NCBI GenBank assembly: GCA_016874005.1
Contig: VGVQ01000009.1
Span: 74,158-138,157, forward strand
Reading direction: 5' to 3'
Length of the DNA stretch: 64,000 nucleotides
DNA from: Gemmatimonadota bacterium
GTDB taxonomy: Bacteria > Gemmatimonadota > Gemmatimonadetes > Gemmatimonadales > GWC2-71-9
The notes under the pieces: generated by a model
The model's input: the letters and a program-made list of their open reading frames with translations, nothing else
The model's database searches: none
Told to the model about the DNA's origin: nothing
Made by a program: the position numbers and the translations under genes
Part shown: in pieces, positions 61,135-64,000 of the stretch
Layout of the letters: every line of letters begins with the position of its first letter
Position numbering within the stretch: position 1 is the first letter of the stretch

Positions 61135-61180
61135 CGGCTACCTTGCAGCGGTGAGGCTCACCCTAACCGCGCGGTAGCCG
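61135..61180 (+). promoter_or_regulatory. stable stem-loop abutting the start codon of the Rieske-flavoprotein gene
   Basis: CGGCTACC (61135-61142) pairs with GGTAGCCG (61173-61180). An inner GGTGA-ggc-TCACC hairpin is also present. The 3' arm ends 1 nt before the ATG at 61182, and no unpaired Shine-Dalgarno sequence is visible. Confidence 0.3.
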
Positions 61181-61181
61181 G

Positions 61182-62282
61182 ATGTCCAACTCGCAGTGGC
61201 ACGACCTCGGCCCAGCCGACCAGTTCGCCGCCAAGCCGCTCCAGCAGGTTGTCATCGGCCGCACCCGGATCGCCCTGTCGTTTCGCGACGGCACCTTCGC
61301 CGCGATCTCGGGCGCCTGCAATCATGTGGGCGGTCCGCTCGGCGATGGCCGGCTGGATGGCGAGTACGTCGTCTGCCCGTGGCACAATTGGAAATACCAT
61401 CGGACAACCGGGGCCGGCGAACCCGGGTATGAAGCGGAGACCGTGCCCAGATACCAGGTCGAGGTGCGAGAGGGGCATTTGTGGATCGACCTGACCCCAG
61501 CCGGGAAGCGAAACCGGATCCCCCACGAGCCCCACGCCCTGGCCCGTCCGGTCGTGCGGGAGGCCGGCCCCCTCCGGGTCGCCGGGATCTCGACCACGGC
61601 CATCGACGAAGCCAACCCCCGGTTCTCGACCTCCGAGGCCCTGCTGGCCGCCGCGCTGGCGCATGCCAAGGGTCGCGGCGCGGAGACCCGCCTGATTCGG
61701 CTGAGCTCGCTTTTCTTTCGTCACTGCGAGGGCTACTACTCCAAGAGCGCTCAGGCCTGTACCTGGCCGTGCTCGATCACCCAGATGGACCCCAACGACC
61801 AGATGGACCAGGTCTACGAGGCGATGGTCCATTGGGCGGACGTGGTGATGGTGGCGACACCGATCCGCTGGGGCGCGGCCAGTTCCCTGTATTTCAAGAT
61901 GGCCGAGCGCCTCAACTGTGTGCAGAACCAGACGACCATCCGGGACCGGGTTCTGATCCGCAACAAGGTCGCGGCCTTCATCGTCACCGGTGGCCAGGAC
62001 AACGTCCAGGGAACGGTGGGCCAGATGCTGACGTTTTTCGGCGAGCTCGGGTTCGTCTTCCCCCAGTTCCCGTTCATCGCCCACTCCCGCGGCTGGTCGG
62101 CGGAAGACATGGAGAACAACGTCCGCGTCGTTCGAGACAGCGCCGAGCTCCGCGAGGGCGCCGAGCAGCTGATCGACCGGTCGCTGGAGGTGGCGAAGCA
62201 CCTGCTCGCCTCGGCGCCGCCCAACACCGTGGCTCGCGGCGGCCGCAAAGCTCACCCCGTCAATGGAGGACAGCCGGCATGA
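61182..62282 (+). CDS. Rieske [2Fe-2S] domain fused to a flavodoxin-like NAD(P)H:FMN reductase domain
   Basis: The N-terminus has the Rieske motif CNHx16CPWH. The C-terminal ~230 aa resemble flavodoxin-fold FMN reductases or iron-sulfur flavoproteins (LRVAGISTTA...DVVMVATPIRWGAASS...AAFIVTGGQDN). An extra Cys triad, CEGYYSKSAQACTWPC, is present. Confidence 0.65.
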   Translation: MSNSQWHDLGPADQFAAKPLQQVVIGRTRIALSFRDGTFAAISGACNHVGGPLGDGRLDGEYVVCPWHNWKYHRTTGAGEPGYEAETVPRYQVEVREGHLWIDLTPAGKRNRIPHEPHALARPVVREAGPLRVAGISTTAIDEANPRFSTSEALLAAALAHAKGRGAETRLIRLSSLFFRHCEGYYSKSAQACTWPCSITQMDPNDQMDQVYEAMVHWADVVMVATPIRWGAASSLYFKMAERLNCVQNQTTIRDRVLIRNKVAAFIVTGGQDNVQGTVGQMLTFFGELGFVFPQFPFIAHSRGWSAEDMENNVRVVRDSAELREGAEQLIDRSLEVAKHLLASAPPNTVARGGRKAHPVNGGQPA

Positions 62283-62947
62283 CGCCAACGCGTCGCGATT
62301 TCCTGGAACGCCTGGCCGCCGGAACGGCGGCGGCGGCGGGTTTGACGAGCTTGAGCCCGGACGACCTGGCCGCGATCTCGTCGGTACAGGAGACCTGGGA
62401 TACCTCGTGGACCGGCCGGATTCGCGGCAGACACAAAGCCGTCTTCGACGCGACGGAAATCGAGGACGGCGCCGGCGTGCTCAGGGTGATGATCTGGCGG
62501 ATGCAATACGGCCAGGTCCTCGCGGTGGCTCCCGACGACATGGCCGCGGTGCTGGTCATCCGACACAACGCCATTCCGCTCGCCATGACCCAGGAATTCT
62601 GGGATCGCTATCGGATCGGTGAGACCAAGGGCGTCAAGCACCCGATGACGGAGCAGCCGACCGCCAAGAACCCGGCCTTGCTGTCGAGCGACACCGGCGA
62701 CCTACCCTCGCAGTTCGCCAGCCTGAACCTCCCCGGGATCCTTGCCGCCGGCGGGATCGTGCTGGCCTGCAATCTGGCGTTCAGTCAATGTGTCGGCACG
62801 GTGGCCAAGGAGGACAAGCTCGAGCCGGCAGCGGCCCGCAAGCGGGCCCTCGAGATGCTCCACCCGGGGGTGATCCTCCAGCCGTCCGGCGTGTTCGCCA
62901 GCATCCTGGCCCAGGAACATGGCTGCCGGTATCTGAAAGCGAGCTGA
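62279..62947 (+). CDS. Tat-signal protein of unknown function (possibly DsrE/YchN-like fold)
   Basis: The ATG overlaps the upstream stop (ATGA). The N-terminus MTPTRRDFLERLAAGTAAAAG is a twin-arginine signal. The fold assignment is tentative. Confidence 0.45.
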   Translation: MTPTRRDFLERLAAGTAAAAGLTSLSPDDLAAISSVQETWDTSWTGRIRGRHKAVFDATEIEDGAGVLRVMIWRMQYGQVLAVAPDDMAAVLVIRHNAIPLAMTQEFWDRYRIGETKGVKHPMTEQPTAKNPALLSSDTGDLPSQFASLNLPGILAAGGIVLACNLAFSQCVGTVAKEDKLEPAAARKRALEMLHPGVILQPSGVFASILAQEHGCRYLKAS

Positions 62948-62955
62948 GGTTTTCG

Positions 62956-64000
62956 GTGGACCTCGTCACGGCGTCGATCCCGCTTTTCTTCCTGCTCATC
63001 GGGGTGGAGCTGCTGGTCGCGCGGTGGCGCCATCACCGAGTCTATCGGCTGGCCGATTCCCTGACCGATCTGTCGCTCGGCACCATGAGCCAGTTGGCGG
63101 GGGTGTTCGTCGCGGTCGGGACGATCGCGCTGTACGCCTGGGTCGCCGCTGCATTCTCGGTCCAGTCGCTCATCGGCGCCCCCGCCTGGATCGCTCGGCC
63201 CCCGTGGTCCGCCAGCGGCGCCGATCTGGCCGCCGCGGCGTCATGGGCCACGGTGTTCCTGCTCGACGACCTGGCCTATTACTGGACCCACCGCTGCTCG
63301 CATGAGGTCAATCTGCTCTGGGCCGGCCATGTGGTCCACCATTCGAGCGAGGAGTATAACCTAACAGTAGCCCTACGGCAGAGCGGGCTCCACGGCTTGT
63401 TCACTTGGGTCTTCTATCTTCCGCTGGCCTTGGCCGGCGTTCCGGTGACGATGTGGGTCACCTGTCACGCCCTCAACCTGATCTATCAATTCTGGATTCA
63501 CACTCGGGAGATCGATCGACTCCCGCGGCCGTTCGAGGCGATCCTCAACACCCCGTCTCACCATCGGGTCCATCACGGCATCAACCCGAGGTATCAGGAC
63601 AAGAACTACGCTGGCGTCTTCATCATCTGGGATCGGTTGTTCGGCACCTTCGAGCCCGAACGAGAGCCGCCGGTCTATGGAATCACCAAGCCGCTGGCGA
63701 GCTGGAATCCGGTCTGGGCCAATCTCCACGTCTTCGCCGACATCGCCAGGACGGTCGTGCGGGCTCGCGGCTGGCGCGACCGCTGGCGGGTCATCTTCGG
63801 CCGTCCGGGATGGCGGCCGGCCGAGCTGGGACCGTCCGAGCGACTCCGGGCCGTCGATCCGGACTCCTATCACAAGTATGACCCGCCCGCCCCGGGCGCG
63901 GTGCGAGCCTACGCCGTGGTGCAGTTCGCCGCGGTCGTCGCCGCCTCGCTGGCGCTGCTGACCGCGGCCGACGGCCTGCCGCCGAGCCAGCGCCTGGCCG
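62956..64000 (+). CDS. fatty-acid-hydroxylase-superfamily membrane di-iron oxygenase (sterol desaturase / alkylglycerol monooxygenase-like), 3' partial
   Basis: This ORF is not in the supplied track because it is open to the window end. My own translation from the GTG at 62956 gives VDLVTASIPLFFLLIGVELL... It has the His boxes HRCSH, HVVHHSSEEYNLTVALRQS, WIHT and HHRVHH. There is no stop before 64000. Confidence 0.8.
   Translation, partial: MDLVTASIPLFFLLIGVELLVARWRHHRVYRLADSLTDLSLGTMSQLAGVFVAVGTIALYAWVAAAFSVQSLIGAPAWIARPPWSASGADLAAAASWATVFLLDDLAYYWTHRCSHEVNLLWAGHVVHHSSEEYNLTVALRQSGLHGLFTWVFYLPLALAGVPVTMWVTCHALNLIYQFWIHTREIDRLPRPFEAILNTPSHHRVHHGINPRYQDKNYAGVFIIWDRLFGTFEPEREPPVYGITKPLASWNPVWANLHVFADIARTVVRARGWRDRWRVIFGRPGWRPAELGPSERLRAVDPDSYHKYDPPAPGAVRAYAVVQFAAVVAASLALLTAADGLPPSQRLA

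Overview
This is a GC-rich bacterial chromosomal segment that is densely coding. I call about 60 protein genes and one tmRNA. I found no rRNA, tRNA, CRISPR array, transposase or integrase, and no recognisable defence or toxin genes. Many neighbouring genes share 1-8 nt start/stop overlaps (ATGA, GTGA, TTGA), which suggests long translationally coupled operons.

**Layout**
- **1-12.9 kb (+):** a purine super-operon, purB-purC-[psd-pssA]-purS-purQ-[Zn-ribbon]-purL-purF-[ppdK]-purE-purK.
- **13.0-13.4 kb (-):** tmRNA (ssrA).
- **13.4-23.3 kb:** corA, larB, dus, ptsN, guaA, lysA, proS, folC, accD.
- **23.4-28.8 kb (-):** rod-shape cluster mreB-mreC-mreD-mrdA-rodA.
- **28.9-34.2 kb (-):** rpsO-pnp-M16 peptidase-ald-dut.
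- **34.4-37.8 kb:** three predicted exported enzymes.
- **38.0-42.8 kb:** a glycosyltransferase/sulfotransferase block that abuts a truncated lactonase gene.
- **42.9-51.1 kb (-):** rplM-rpsI, rpsB-tsf-pyrH-frr-uppS-cdsA-dxr-rseP.
- **51.3-64 kb:** the accessory-looking part.

**Most interesting region (51.3-64 kb)**
- A chimeric gene joins a glycosyltransferase N-terminal half to cupin and ABM domains.
- A nine-gene coupled operon is built around an olsB/olsA-like aminolipid pair. It also encodes a ferric-reductase-TM/Rieske fusion, a frameshifted DinB gene, an NRDE/TANGO2 protein, an alpha/beta-hydrolase-DedA-ATP-grasp triple fusion and DoxX.
- A downstream module encodes a Rieske-flavoreductase, a Tat-signal protein and a membrane di-iron hydroxylase.
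- I consider this lipid-related cluster the best candidate for an undescribed system.

All functional calls come from reading the translated ORFs for family motifs. No database search was run.
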